Shown in pieces: positions 16,358 to 26,528 of a stretch of DNA of 32,000 bases; position 1 is the first letter of the stretch; each line of letters starts with the position of its first letter. Source of the DNA: Mycolicibacterium smegmatis (GTDB taxonomy: Bacteria > Actinomycetota > Actinomycetes > Mycobacteriales > Mycobacteriaceae); the NCBI RefSeq assembly GCF_001457595.1, contig NZ_LN831039.1, positions 3,990,001-4,022,000 of the forward strand, written 5' to 3'. A program made the position numbers and the translations under genes. Below the pieces are notes generated by a model that saw nothing but the letters and a program-made list of their open reading frames with translations, made no database searches and was not told the origin of the DNA.

Positions 16358-16386
16358 TCGGGAACTTGGCAATGGCAAAACGCGTT
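16358..16386 (+). promoter_or_regulatory. Candidate ECF-sigma (SigE/SigH-type) promoter for rbpA
   Basis: GGGAAC (16358-16363) - 17 nt - CGTTGC (16381-16386), about 40 nt upstream of the rbpA ATG. Confidence 0.45.
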
Positions 16387-16426
16387 GCACTATCCGGACG
16401 AAATCGCGTGATGAGGAGTGATGACG

Positions 16427-16771
16427 ATGGCTGATCGTGTCCTGCGGGGCAGTCGCCTCGGAGCCGTGAGCTACGAGACCGACCGCAACCATGACCTGGC
16501 GCCGCGTCAGGTCGCCCGCTACCGCACGGATAACGGCGAGGAGTTCGACGTACCTTTCGCCGACGACGCCGAGATCCCCGGTACGTGGCTCTGCCGCAAC
16601 GGTCTGGAGGGCACCCTCATCGAGGGTGACGTGCCGGAGCCCAAGAAGGTCAAGCCGCCGCGTACGCACTGGGACATGCTGTTGGAGCGCCGGTCCGTCG
16701 AGGAGCTCGAAGAGCTGCTCAAGGAGCGGCTCGACCTGATCAAGGCCAAGCGGCGCGGAACCGGAAGCTGA
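16427..16771 (+). CDS. rbpA: RNA polymerase-binding protein RbpA
   Basis: MADRVLRGSRLGAVSYETDRNHDLAPRQVARYRTDNGEEFDVPFADDAEIPGTWLCRNGLEG...; 114 aa, matches known RbpA. Confidence 0.97.
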   Translation: MADRVLRGSRLGAVSYETDRNHDLAPRQVARYRTDNGEEFDVPFADDAEIPGTWLCRNGLEGTLIEGDVPEPKKVKPPRTHWDMLLERRSVEELEELLKERLDLIKAKRRGTGS

Positions 16772-16798
16772 CGAGAGCTGACGAACTGACGTCATGAA

Positions 16799-16832
16799 AA
16801 AGCCGCGAGTGTGCATGCACACTCGCGGCTTT
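16799..16832. terminator. 34-bp perfect palindrome between converging rbpA and ppm1; probable bidirectional terminator
   Basis: aaagccgcgagtgtgca|tgcacactcgcggcttt. Confidence 0.7.
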
Positions 16833-16854
16833 CGCGTTCTCGGACGCTACCGCG

Positions 16855-17652
16855 TCAGCGGACCACGCCCCTGGCCCGGTCGAGCCGGCCGCGGATACCC
16901 CACTCGGCGACCTTGAACATGGCCTCGCGGATGTTGGATCCGCTCATCTTCGACACGCCCAGCTCGCGCTCGGTGAACGTGATGGGCACCTCGACGACCG
17001 AGAAGCCGTTGTTGATGGCGCGCCACGTCAGGTCGATCTGGAAGCAGTAGCCCTTGGAGTCCACCGCCGAGAGGTCGATCTTCTCCAGCACCTCGCGACG
17101 GTAGGCGCGGTAGCCGGCCGTGATGTCATGGATACCGACGCCCAGCAGGAAACGCGAATAGGTGTTGGCGGTCTTGGACAGCACCAGGCGCCGCCAGGGC
17201 CAGTTGCGCACGGTGCCGCCGGGCACATAGCGCGAGCCGATGGCCAGGTCCGCCCCCGCGTCGACCGCGTCGAGCAGCCGGCTCAGCTCCTCGGGCGCGT
17301 GGCTGCCGTCGGCGTCCATCTCGACCAGCACGGAGTAGCCGCGGCGCAGGCCCCAGTCGAAACCCGCGAGGTAGGCCGCGCCGAGCCCGGCCTTGCTGGT
17401 GCGGTGCATGACGTGCACGCGGTCAGGGTCGGCCAGAGCCAGCTCGTCGGCCAGTGCGCCGGTGCCGTCGGGGCTGCCGTCGTCGACGACGAGGATGTGC
17501 ACCTGGGGGCACGCGTGGTGAACACGCCCGACGATCAGCGGCAGGTTCTCCCGCTCGTTGTACGTCGGGATGATCACCAGAGTGCGCTGGGTCGGGCGGA
17601 CGGTGGCAGGATCCTCCCCCGCACCCTGCTCACGTTCACCGGGGACGCTCAT
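16855..17652 (-). CDS. ppm1: Polyprenol monophosphomannose synthase (DPM1-like GT2)
   Basis: [45 protein letters not shown]. Confidence 0.93.
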   Translation of the reverse strand: MSVPGEREQGAGEDPATVRPTQRTLVIIPTYNERENLPLIVGRVHHACPQVHILVVDDGSPDGTGALADELALADPDRVHVMHRTSKAGLGAAYLAGFDWGLRRGYSVLVEMDADGSHAPEELSRLLDAVDAGADLAIGSRYVPGGTVRNWPWRRLVLSKTANTYSRFLLGVGIHDITAGYRAYRREVLEKIDLSAVDSKGYCFQIDLTWRAINNGFSVVEVPITFTERELGVSKMSGSNIREAMFKVAEWGIRGRLDRARGVVR

Positions 17653-17661
17653 GTGGCTCCT

Positions 17662-19509
17662 TCATCGTTTCACGGTCGTTGCCGACCGGCGCCGCAACAT
17701 TCTCGGCGCGAACCTTCCATTGTGCAGTATGGCGATCAGCAGCACGGCAACCCCCGCGATGACCAGCACCGCCTGCACGATGGGGCCCCACTTCGTCGCC
17801 GGGGTCAGATCGGTCTTGAGCCGGATCTGGTTGTCCAGATATGCCGGCTGGAACCACTCGGTGCGCGATATCTCGTGCCCGTCGGGAGCGATCACCGCGC
17901 TGATACCGGTGGTTCCCGCGACGACGACGTAGCGGTCGTGTTCGACTGCACGCAGTTTGCCGAACGCCAGTTGCTGAGCGCTCATGGCCTCGTCGAACGT
18001 CGCGTTGTTGCTCGGTACCGCGAGCACCTGGGCGCCGTTGAGCACCGATTCCCGCGCCGCGCGGTCGAAGATCACCTCCCAGCACGTGGTGATCCCGATC
18101 GGCACGCCCGCGGCGTGCACGACGCCGGTGCCGGTGCCCGGCACGAAGTAGCCGGCCCGGTCGGCATATGACGACAGATGCTTGAAGAAGCCGCGCCACG
18201 GCAGGTACTCGCCGAAGGGCTGCACGATCTGTTTGTCGTGACGCTCACCCGGGCCGTCGGTGGGTTCCCACACGATCACGGTGTTGTTGGCGACGGGGTT
18301 GTCGGGTGTGTAACCGTCGGCGCGCACGACGCCACCGACGAGGATCGGCGCGTCGATGGCCTCGGCCGCGGTGGTGATCTGGGCCGAGGCGTCCGCGTTG
18401 AGCAGCGGATCGATGTCAGAGGAGTTCTCGGGCCAGATCACGAACATCGGCTGGGCGGCGCGGCCGGCTTTGACGTCGTCGGCCAGCCGCAGGGTCTCCT
18501 TGACGTGGTTGTCGAGCACCGCGCGCCGCTGCGCGTTGAACTCAAGTCCGAGCCGCGGCACGTTGCCCTGCACGGCGGCCACCGTGACGGCGGTGTCGTC
18601 ACCCGCGCCGGTTCCCGACTGGCGCACCTGCGGCCACACCAGCGCGGTGACCAGCAGTGACGCGGCGATCGCGACGCCGGGCAGCATCACCGCGGGGGCC
18701 GGGACGCCGGGTTTGTGGCCGTGGCGCCACCACCACACGATCTGCGCCGTCAGCAGCGTGAGGCTGAAGCCGATCAGCGCGACCGCGAACGACACCAACG
18801 GTGCGCCGCCGATCCGCGCGAGCGCCAGCAGCGGACCATTCGTCTGCCCGTAGCTCGCCGCGCCCCACGGGAAACCGCCGAACGGGAACGTCGACTTGGC
18901 CCACTCCGCCGCGACCCACAGGGTCGCGAACCACAGCGGCCAGCCGGGCAACCTGACCACCACGACCGCGCCGAGCCCGAACAGACCGCAGAACAGGGAT
19001 TCGGCGAACGCCAGCGCGAGCCACGGCACGGCGCCGACCAATCCGCTGATCCACGGCAGCAGCGGCACGTAGAACGCGAGGCCGAACAGCACGCCGTAGC
19101 CGAACCCACCGGCCTTGGTGGTGGCCGTGCGGGTCAGCACCCAGCCCAGCAACGCCAGCCCGGGGAACGCCGTGAACCACCACCCGATGGGCGGGAAGCT
19201 CAGCCACAGTGCCAGACCGCCACCGATCGCGGCGCTCAGTGGGGCCCAGCGGTCGAGCACACCTTTGCCGAATCGGGAACCACGTCGAGCGACCCAGCCG
19301 CCGATACGCGAGCCCGTCGCAGGCCGCGAAGGCTCGTCGTGCTCGTCTCCGGGTTCGGGTTCGGGTTCGGCGTCGTCGAGTCCGGGAGCGACGTCGTCGT
19401 CGAGGGGATCTTCGAGGGGGTCGTCATCGGTGACGGCCGGGATCACCTCGGTGATCTCCTCGGGCCGTACGCGGAACCGGTCGAATCGCCGGGCGCGATC
19501 GTCAGCCAT
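17662..19509 (-). CDS. lnt: Apolipoprotein N-acyltransferase
   Basis: Multispan N-terminus then C-N hydrolase domain: [32 protein letters not shown]; ATG at 19509. Confidence 0.93.
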   Translation of the reverse strand: MADDRARRFDRFRVRPEEITEVIPAVTDDDPLEDPLDDDVAPGLDDAEPEPEPGDEHDEPSRPATGSRIGGWVARRGSRFGKGVLDRWAPLSAAIGGGLALWLSFPPIGWWFTAFPGLALLGWVLTRTATTKAGGFGYGVLFGLAFYVPLLPWISGLVGAVPWLALAFAESLFCGLFGLGAVVVVRLPGWPLWFATLWVAAEWAKSTFPFGGFPWGAASYGQTNGPLLALARIGGAPLVSFAVALIGFSLTLLTAQIVWWWRHGHKPGVPAPAVMLPGVAIAASLLVTALVWPQVRQSGTGAGDDTAVTVAAVQGNVPRLGLEFNAQRRAVLDNHVKETLRLADDVKAGRAAQPMFVIWPENSSDIDPLLNADASAQITTAAEAIDAPILVGGVVRADGYTPDNPVANNTVIVWEPTDGPGERHDKQIVQPFGEYLPWRGFFKHLSSYADRAGYFVPGTGTGVVHAAGVPIGITTCWEVIFDRAARESVLNGAQVLAVPSNNATFDEAMSAQQLAFGKLRAVEHDRYVVVAGTTGISAVIAPDGHEISRTEWFQPAYLDNQIRLKTDLTPATKWGPIVQAVLVIAGVAVLLIAILHNGRFAPRMLRRRSATTVKR

Positions 19510-21094
19510 GGAGGACGACACCCCGGTGCACGGTCTGGCGGCAGCGCGGCAGTGCGGCGTCGTCGGCCAGGCGTGGCAGTGCGGGCACGCGCGACCGCGG
19601 ATCGGTCGACCAGCGCTGCACGGCATTGGCCGGCGCGCTGACCTCCAGCTCCTCGACGTCCCAGATCGCGTAGCTGGCCGGGGCGCCCGGGGTCAAAGTG
19701 CCTGACACACCGTCGCGCACGCCACCGGCCCGCCAGCCACCACGGGTGGCCGCAGCGAACGCCGCGCGCGGCGAAATCGCGGCCGTCGGACTGTGGTGCA
19801 GGACCGCGGCACGTACGGCTTCCCACGGATTCATGCTGGTGACGGGGGTATCTGAGCCGAATGCGAGGGGCACGCCTTCGGATGCTAACAGCGCGAACGG
19901 ATTGAGCTGGTGAACTCTTTGTGGCCCAAGACGCTGCGCGTACATGCCGTGGTCGCCGCCCCACGACGCGTCGAACATGGGCTGCATGCTGGCGGTCACA
20001 CCCCAGGCACCGAGCTGCGCGGCCTGGGCCGCGGTGACCATCTCCAGATGTTCGAGACGGTGGCCGCAACGCGCCACCGTGGGCGCGCCGTGCTGCTCGA
20101 CGACGTCCGCGAGCGCGTCGACCACGGCGCTCACCGCGGCGTCGCCGATGACGTGGAACCCGGCGGGAATGCCGGCCTGCGTGCAGGCCCGCAGGTGCGC
20201 GATGACGGTGTCCTGGTCGAGGTAGCGGTTGCCACACGTGTGCGTGGCATCGCTGTAGGGGGCGCTCAGCCAGGCGGTGCGCGATCCCAGCGCACCGTCG
20301 ACGAACAGGTCACCGGCCAGGCCGTACGCGCCGGTCTCGGCGATCAGCGCCTTGGCGTGGTCGACGTCGCGTGCGGCTTCACCCCACAGACCGATCACGT
20401 CGACACCGTGGTCGAGCGCGCGCAGTTCGAGCCAGTCGTCGAGCCCGCCGATCTCGGGGCCCGCACACTCGTGCACCGCGACGATGCCGTGCGCGGCGGC
20501 GTGATCGAGCGCCGCGACGCGGGCCTGGTGCTTCTGCCGCGCCGTCAGTTGCGCCCTGGCCGCCGCGCGGATCAGGTGGTGCGCGTCGGCGCTCAGCGGG
20601 CCCTGCGGTGAGAACCCGGACGCGCCGGCCAGATCGGGCACCGCGCGGCGCAGTGCGGTGGTCGCGGCCGCCGAGTGCACGTCCACCCGCGCGAGATACG
20701 CGGGCCGGTCGCCCAGTACGGCGTCGAGATCGTCGGTGCCGGGCGGGGTGCGTTCGGGCCAGCCGGACTCGTCCCAGCCGTGCCCCCACACGAGACCGTC
20801 GGGGTGGCGCCGCGCGTGGTCGGCGACGAGTTGCAGGCAGTGCTGCAGTGAGGTGGCCGCGTGCAGATCGAGCCCGACGAGGTTGAGCCCGGTGGCGGTG
20901 ATGTGGACGTGGCTGTCGACGAACGCGGGTGCGACGAAACCACCGTCGAGGTCGACGATGTGCGCATCCGGGTGCAGTGCGCGGCCGACGTCGTCACTGC
21001 CGAGCCATGCGACCACGCCGTCGCGGATGGCCATCGCGGTCGCGTCGGGTTGTGCGGGGCTGTGGATCCGCCCGTTGATCAGGAGTGTCGTCAA
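19502..21094 (-). CDS. YtcJ-like metal-dependent amidohydrolase
   Basis: [56 protein letters not shown]; TTG start; 8-bp overlap with lnt. Confidence 0.85.
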   Translation of the reverse strand: MTTLLINGRIHSPAQPDATAMAIRDGVVAWLGSDDVGRALHPDAHIVDLDGGFVAPAFVDSHVHITATGLNLVGLDLHAATSLQHCLQLVADHARRHPDGLVWGHGWDESGWPERTPPGTDDLDAVLGDRPAYLARVDVHSAAATTALRRAVPDLAGASGFSPQGPLSADAHHLIRAAARAQLTARQKHQARVAALDHAAAHGIVAVHECAGPEIGGLDDWLELRALDHGVDVIGLWGEAARDVDHAKALIAETGAYGLAGDLFVDGALGSRTAWLSAPYSDATHTCGNRYLDQDTVIAHLRACTQAGIPAGFHVIGDAAVSAVVDALADVVEQHGAPTVARCGHRLEHLEMVTAAQAAQLGAWGVTASMQPMFDASWGGDHGMYAQRLGPQRVHQLNPFALLASEGVPLAFGSDTPVTSMNPWEAVRAAVLHHSPTAAISPRAAFAAATRGGWRAGGVRDGVSGTLTPGAPASYAIWDVEELEVSAPANAVQRWSTDPRSRVPALPRLADDAALPRCRQTVHRGVVLHG

Positions 21095-21120
21095 GGGTTA
21101 TTCGGCTCGGTGGGTGCGGG

Positions 21121-21627
21121 TCAGGCCTTCGGGGGAAGGCGATGCGGTTCGACCCCACCGGCCGCGTCCGCGCTGTCGGTGACGTCGATGACTTCGCCGT
21201 CAATGTAGTCCCCACGCCCGCCGGGGTATCCCGCGGTCCACTGGTACCGGGACGCCGTTTGAAATCCTGTGACGAGTGGCACGCGTTTGGCGGCCATCGC
21301 GGTCAGCACGGGCCGCGCGGCGGCACGGGTCGGGGGCAGCAGCAACACGGCGCCGAGCACCGAACTGGCGAGCCCCGGGACGACAACCAGCACGGTGCCG
21401 AGGGCGACCAGCAGGCTGTCGGTGACCGCGCCCTGGGCGCTCGCGGCGGTCAGACCGCCGCTGAGTTTGCGTAGCTGGCGACGCGCCTGGGATCCGGCCA
21501 GTGCCAGCCCGACGACGAACGCCGCCAGGAGCAGCAGCACCGTCCAGCCGAAGCCGATGGTTGCCACGAGGACCACCATGACCGCCAGCTCGACGAGGGC
21601 GTAGACCAGGAACAGTCGCTTAGCCAT
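21121..21627 (-). CDS. fxsA: FxsA family membrane protein
   Basis: MAKRLFLVYALVELAVMVVLVATIGFGWTVLLLL...DSLLVALGTVLVVVPGLASSVLGAVLLLPPTR. Confidence 0.85.
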   Translation of the reverse strand: MAKRLFLVYALVELAVMVVLVATIGFGWTVLLLLAAFVVGLALAGSQARRQLRKLSGGLTAASAQGAVTDSLLVALGTVLVVVPGLASSVLGAVLLLPPTRAAARPVLTAMAAKRVPLVTGFQTASRYQWTAGYPGGRGDYIDGEVIDVTDSADAAGGVEPHRLPPKA

Positions 21628-21681
21628 GTCCGGTCAACGAGCGGCGGGGCCCTGAGGTTCCGCGGGAAAACACCGAAGAAC

Positions 21682-22074
21682 TCAGGCAGTCCCCTCGGCC
21701 GCGCGCAGTTCCAGGCCGATGTTGCGTTCCATGCCCCGCCGCAACTTGCTGAACAGGTTGAACGCCTTGCCCATCAGCCCGTAGCGGCTGCCGATCGCGT
21801 CGTACACCTCGCCGGTGCGCGACTTGTCGAGGATCTCGGCGTGCGCCTCGACGGCCTCGCTCTTCGGGTTGCCGCGGGCGTCACACGCCGCGACGGTGAC
21901 GCGTGGGGTGTTGCGGATCCGCTTGACCTTCCACGAGTTCTCCTCGGTGATCACCAGCAGCCGGTCCCCTTTCGGGGCCGCCCAGATCGCCGTCGGCTTG
22001 GGTCTGCCGTCCTTGGTGAACGTGGTCAGCAGGATGTACTTGGACTTGGCGACGTCTGCGAACGTGATGGCCAC
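21682..22074 (-). CDS. PPOX-class (pyridoxamine 5'-phosphate oxidase-fold) F420/flavin-binding protein, Rv2061c-like
   Basis: KYILLTTFTKDGRPKPTAIWAAPKGDRLLVITEENSWKVKRIRNTPRVTVAACDARGNPK. Confidence 0.85.
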   Translation of the reverse strand: MAITFADVAKSKYILLTTFTKDGRPKPTAIWAAPKGDRLLVITEENSWKVKRIRNTPRVTVAACDARGNPKSEAVEAHAEILDKSRTGEVYDAIGSRYGLMGKAFNLFSKLRRGMERNIGLELRAAEGTA

Positions 22075-22115
22075 GAGTCGAACTTAGCCGAGACCCACGC
22101 CCGGGCCGGGTACAG

Positions 22116-25100
22116 CTAGCCCTCCAGTTCGCCTTCGGTCTCCAGCAGCACCTGGCGCAGCCCGTCGAGCGTGGCGGGTTCCGGCTCGGCCCACATCCCG
22201 CGGGTCGCGGCCTCCAACAGGCGCTCGGCCATACCGTGCAGTGCCCACGGGTTGGATTCGTTCATGAACTTGCGGTTCTCGTCGTCGAGGACGTATTCGC
22301 CTGCGAGCCGCTCGTACATCCAGTCGGCCATCACGTGCGCGGTGGCGTCGTAGCCGAACAGGTAGTCGACCGTGGCCGCCATCTCGAACGCGCCCTTGTA
22401 GCCGTGGCGGCGCATGGCGTTGATCCAGCGCGGGTTGACCACGCGCGCCCGGAAGACGCGGTTGGTCTCCTCACTCAGCGTGCGGGTGCGGACCGCGTCG
22501 GGACGGGTGTTGTCGCCGATGTAGGCCGCGGGCGCCTTGCCGGTCAGTGCCCGCACCGTGGCGACCATGCCGCCGTGGTACTGGAAGTAGTCGTCGGAGT
22601 CGGCGATGTCGTGTTCGCGGGTGTCGGTGTTCTTGGCCGCCACCGCGATTCGCCGGTAGGCCCGGTTCATATCATCACTGGCGGCGGCTCCGTCCAATCC
22701 GCGCCCGTAGGCGAACCCGCCCCACGCGGTGTACACCTGCGCCAGGTCGGCGTCGTCGCGCCAGTTGCGGCTGTCGATGAGCTGCAGCAGGCCCGCCCCG
22801 TAGGTGCCCGGCTTGGACCCGAAGATGCGTGTGGTGGCGCGGCGTTCGTCACCGTGCTCGGCGAGGTCGGCCTGGGCGTGCGCGCGCACGTAGTTGTGCT
22901 CGGCGGGTTCGTCGAGTGCCGCGACGAGCGCGACGGCGTCGTCGAGCATCGTGACGACGTGCGGGAACGCGTCGCGGAAGAACCCGGAGATGCGCACCGT
23001 GACGTCGATGCGGGGGCGGCCCAGTTCGGCGAGGTCGATGGGTTCGAGGTTGACGACGCGACGCGACGCGTCGTCCCATACCGGGCGCACGCCCAGCAGG
23101 GCGAGCACCTCGGCGATGTCGTCGCCCGCGGTGCGCATGGCCGAGGTGCCCCACACCGACAGGCCGACCGACTGCGGCCACCGCCCGTAGTCCTCGCGGT
23201 AGCGCGCCAGCAGCGAATCCGCCATGGCCACACCGGTTTCCCACGCCAGGCGCGACGGCACGGCCTTGGGATCCACCGAGTAGAAGTTGCGTCCGGTCGG
23301 CAGCACGTTGACCAGACCGCGCAGCGGCGAACCCGAGGGGCCCGACGGGATGAACCCGCCGTCGAGGGCGCGCAGCACCTGGTCGATCTCGCCCTCGGTG
23401 CCCGCGAGCCTCGGCACCACCTCGGTGGCGGCGAACTTGAGGATCCGCGCGATGTCGGGGTTGTCGGTGATGGTGTCGACCGCCGCGGGATCCCAACCGG
23501 TTTCCTGCAGGGCCGCGACCAGTTCGCGGGCCCCGGCCTCGGCCGCGTCGACCGCGGCGCGGTCGTCACTGCCGTCCTCGACGAGCCCGAGCGCCTGCCG
23601 CAGTCCTGGCACGGTCTGCTCGCCGCCGAACAGCTGGCGGGCCCGCAAAATCGCCAGCACCAGGTCGAGTTCGCCTGCACCCGTGGGCTTCTGGCCGAGT
23701 ACGTGCAGACCGTCGCGGATCTGCACGTCCTTGATCTCGCACAGCCAGCCGTCGACGTGCAGCAGCATGTCGTCGAACGAGTCCTCGTCGGGGCGATCCT
23801 GCAACCCCAGGTCGTGGTCCATCTTCGCCGCACGCATGAGCGTCCAGATCTGCTGGCGGATGGCGGGCAGCTTGCCGGGATCGAGCGCCGAGACGTTGGC
23901 GTGCTCGTCGAGCAGTTGTTCGAGTTTGGCGATGTCGCCGTAGGTTTCGGCGCGCGCCATGGGCGGGATGAGATGGTCGACCAGCGTGGCGTGGGCGCGA
24001 CGCTTGGCCTGGGTGCCCTCCCCCGGGTCGTTGACCAGGAACGGGTAGATCAGCGGCAGGTCGCCCAGCGCCGCGTCGGTGCCGCATGCCGCGGACATAC
24101 CGAGCGTCTTGCCGGGCAGCCATTCCAGGTTGCCGTGCTTGCCGAGGTGGATGACGGCGTCGGCCCCGAACGATCCGGGGAACGCGGAGTCCAGCCACCG
24201 GTAGGCCGCCAGATAGTGGTGGCTGGGCGGCAGGTCGGGGTCGTGGTAGATGGCCACCGGGTTCTCGCCGAACCCGCGCGGCGGCTGGACCATGATGACC
24301 AGATTGCCGGCCTGCAGCGCGGCGATGACGATCTCGCCGTCGGGGTCGCGGCTGCGGTCGACGAACAGGTCGCCGGGCGGCGGACCCCAGTGCTCGACGA
24401 CGGCGTCGGCGAGTTCGGCGGGCAGCGTCGCGAACCATTCGCGATAGTCCTTGGCGGGCACGCGGATCGGGTTGCGCGCGAGTTGTTCCTCGGTGAGCCA
24501 TTCGGCGTCCTGGCCGCCGCGTTCGATCAGCGCGTGGATCAGCGCATCGCCATCGCCGGAGATGACACCGGGGATGTCGTCGTCGGCCCCGAGGTCGTAG
24601 CCGTGGGCGCGCATCGCGCGCAGCAGCGCGACCGCGCTGGCCGGGGTGTCGAGACCGACGGCGTTGCCGATCCGGGCGTGCTTGGTCGGATAGGCCGAGA
24701 ACACGAGCGCCACGCGTTTGTCCTTGGCCGCAATGGATTTCAGTCGGGCGTGCCGGACCGCGAGACCCGCGACCCGCGCGCACCGCTCGGGGTCGGCGAC
24801 GTAGGAGATGAGGCCCTCGTGGTCGATCTCCTTGAACGAGAACGGCACTGTGATGATGCGGCCGTCGAACTCGGGCACGGCCACCTGCGTCGCGACGTCC
24901 AGCGGGGACAGGCCGTCGTCGTTGTCCGACCAGTCCGACCTCGAACTCGTCAGGCACAACCCCTGCAGGATCGGGATGTCGAGGGCCGCGAGATGTGCGA
25001 CGTTCCAGGAGTCGTCGTCGCCGCCTGCGCCGACCGCGGCCGGGGTGGCGCCGCCCGCCGCGAGCACCGTGGTGATCAGGGCGTCGGCGGTGCCGAGCAG

Positions 25101-25751
25101 TTCGAGGAGTTCGGGTTCGGCGGTGCGCAGCGAGGCGCAGAAGACCGGCAGCGGCCTGCCGCCGGCGTTCTCGATCGCCCGGCACAGGGCCTCGACATAG
25201 GCGGTGTTCCCGGCGAGCTGCTGGGCACGGTAGTAGAGCACCGCGATCTTCGGTGCGCCGTCGAGAGACTGCGCCTCAGCGTGTTCGAGGGGGCGTTCGA
25301 GGATGCCCCAACTCGGGGTGGCGACGGGCGGCGCGAATCCGAATCCCGTCATGAGCAGGGTATCGGAGAGGAACGCGTGCAGGTTGCGCAGGTTCTCCAG
25401 CCCGCCCTGCGCGAGGTAGATGTGGGTCTGCAGGGCGGCGCCCTGCGGTGCGGTCGAGTGCCGCATGAGCTCGGCGTCGGGGGTCTGCTCGCCGCTGACC
25501 ACGACCGCGGGCACGCCGCTGGCTACCACGGCGTCGATCCCGTCCTGCCAGGCCCGGTATCCGCCGAGGATGCGGACCACGGCGATATCGGCGCCGGCCA
25601 GCAACTCTTCGAGCTCACCGTCGACGAGGCGCGACGGGTTGGCCCACCGGTATCCGGCGCCGCTCGCGCGGGCCGTGATCAGATCGGTGTCCGAGGTCGA
25701 CAGCAGCAGGATCGTCGGCGCGCTCGGGACAGCATCACGTGGGTCAGGCAC
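22116..25751 (-). CDS. cobN: Cobaltochelatase subunit CobN
   Basis: 1211 aa; GADAVIHLGKHGNLEWLPGKTLGMSAACGTDAALGDLPLIYPFLVNDPGEGTQAKRRAHATLVDHL is diagnostic of CobN/BchH. Confidence 0.96.
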   Translation of the reverse strand: MPDPRDAVPSAPTILLLSTSDTDLITARASGAGYRWANPSRLVDGELEELLAGADIAVVRILGGYRAWQDGIDAVVASGVPAVVVSGEQTPDAELMRHSTAPQGAALQTHIYLAQGGLENLRNLHAFLSDTLLMTGFGFAPPVATPSWGILERPLEHAEAQSLDGAPKIAVLYYRAQQLAGNTAYVEALCRAIENAGGRPLPVFCASLRTAEPELLELLGTADALITTVLAAGGATPAAVGAGGDDDSWNVAHLAALDIPILQGLCLTSSRSDWSDNDDGLSPLDVATQVAVPEFDGRIITVPFSFKEIDHEGLISYVADPERCARVAGLAVRHARLKSIAAKDKRVALVFSAYPTKHARIGNAVGLDTPASAVALLRAMRAHGYDLGADDDIPGVISGDGDALIHALIERGGQDAEWLTEEQLARNPIRVPAKDYREWFATLPAELADAVVEHWGPPPGDLFVDRSRDPDGEIVIAALQAGNLVIMVQPPRGFGENPVAIYHDPDLPPSHHYLAAYRWLDSAFPGSFGADAVIHLGKHGNLEWLPGKTLGMSAACGTDAALGDLPLIYPFLVNDPGEGTQAKRRAHATLVDHLIPPMARAETYGDIAKLEQLLDEHANVSALDPGKLPAIRQQIWTLMRAAKMDHDLGLQDRPDEDSFDDMLLHVDGWLCEIKDVQIRDGLHVLGQKPTGAGELDLVLAILRARQLFGGEQTVPGLRQALGLVEDGSDDRAAVDAAEAGARELVAALQETGWDPAAVDTITDNPDIARILKFAATEVVPRLAGTEGEIDQVLRALDGGFIPSGPSGSPLRGLVNVLPTGRNFYSVDPKAVPSRLAWETGVAMADSLLARYREDYGRWPQSVGLSVWGTSAMRTAGDDIAEVLALLGVRPVWDDASRRVVNLEPIDLAELGRPRIDVTVRISGFFRDAFPHVVTMLDDAVALVAALDEPAEHNYVRAHAQADLAEHGDERRATTRIFGSKPGTYGAGLLQLIDSRNWRDDADLAQVYTAWGGFAYGRGLDGAAASDDMNRAYRRIAVAAKNTDTREHDIADSDDYFQYHGGMVATVRALTGKAPAAYIGDNTRPDAVRTRTLSEETNRVFRARVVNPRWINAMRRHGYKGAFEMAATVDYLFGYDATAHVMADWMYERLAGEYVLDDENRKFMNESNPWALHGMAERLLEAATRGMWAEPEPATLDGLRQVLLETEGELEG

Positions 25752-25808
25752 TCACCATTCGTACCGCACCGACCGTCAGCGCAGTTACGTCGGTACGGTC
25801 GGCGCTGG

Positions 25809-25916
25809 TCAGAGCTGCATCTCGCCGAAGCGCTCGTGCCAGGACCGGCGGTACGGGCGGCCCGTGACCGCGACGAGCCCCGCGACGACGGCGACGAAGA
25901 CACCGAATGCGACCAT
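25809..25916 (-). CDS. Predicted 35-aa single-pass small protein
   Basis: MVAFGVFVAVVAGLVAVTGRPYRRSWHERFGEMQL; AAAGGAC-like Shine-Dalgarno (gaaaggac) upstream; sits between the moxR cluster and cobN on the same strand. Confidence 0.55.
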   Translation of the reverse strand: MVAFGVFVAVVAGLVAVTGRPYRRSWHERFGEMQL

Positions 25917-25930
25917 GATCGCGTCCTTTC

Positions 25931-25944
25931 TGGAACCTGTTCCA
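25931..25944. promoter_or_regulatory. Operator-like palindrome upstream of the 35-aa ORF
   Basis: TGGAAC-CT-GTTCCA; also fits TnnAACnnGTTnnA. Confidence 0.35.
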
Positions 25945-26054
25945 ATTTCCCGGTACCGGCGGTCCGGGGAACTGGAAGTGAAGTTACCCCGGGCAACCGG
26001 CGAAGTTCTCAATCTGTAAGGGAGCGAACAGGTTAGGAATCCGAGTGACGGATG

Positions 26055-26528
26055 TCACAATTCCCTGGCCGGTGAGACGTCCCACCGCGCCCGGCCCACG
26101 AACGGACGCAGGACGATCAGGTACACCGCGCCGACCGCGACCGGCGCGGCAAGCGGCACCCACGGCAACGTCAGCTGCCAGAACCCGACCAGCATCGCTG
26201 CCGCGGTGAATCCCAACGCGCACAACATCATCGGGCGCGTCGTGGTGACCACCGACGTTCCCGCCGCGTGGCGGACCGCCAGGTACACCGCGGCCGACAG
26301 GCCTGCCAGCGCGGCGTAGAGCACGTCGGGTTCCGACAGCGCGAGAGCGGCCGCGGCCGCCCACACCGCGACGGTCGACGCCGGTCGCCACGCGGGCCCC
26401 ACCGCCACCGCGGCGGCCGAGATCGCCGCGGCCACCAGTGCCGGACCGTCGGCGGGCGCGGCCACCGCCGCGGCCATGACCAGGCCGAGGGACGTCGAGA
26501 ACACAAGCGGCGCGGGCTGAGTGCGCAT
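26055..26528 (-). CDS. Integral membrane protein of a moxR3-type cluster (Rv3162c-like by position)
   Basis: 157 aa, multiple hydrophobic segments; ATGA overlap with the DUF58 gene. Confidence 0.7.
   Translation of the reverse strand: MRTQPAPLVFSTSLGLVMAAAVAAPADGPALVAAAISAAAVAVGPAWRPASTVAVWAAAAALALSEPDVLYAALAGLSAAVYLAVRHAAGTSVVTTTRPMMLCALGFTAAAMLVGFWQLTLPWVPLAAPVAVGAVYLIVLRPFVGRARWDVSPAREL

Noticed and set aside
22236-26036. 1266-aa plus-strand ORF opposite cobN
   Set aside because: Low-complexity Arg/Gly/Val-rich antisense translation typical of high-GC genomes; cobN on the minus strand has clear diagnostic motifs.
25740-26060. Possible cobalamin riboswitch upstream of cobN
   Set aside because: No B12-box-like GCCACTG on the coding strand in this leader; only short dyads present.
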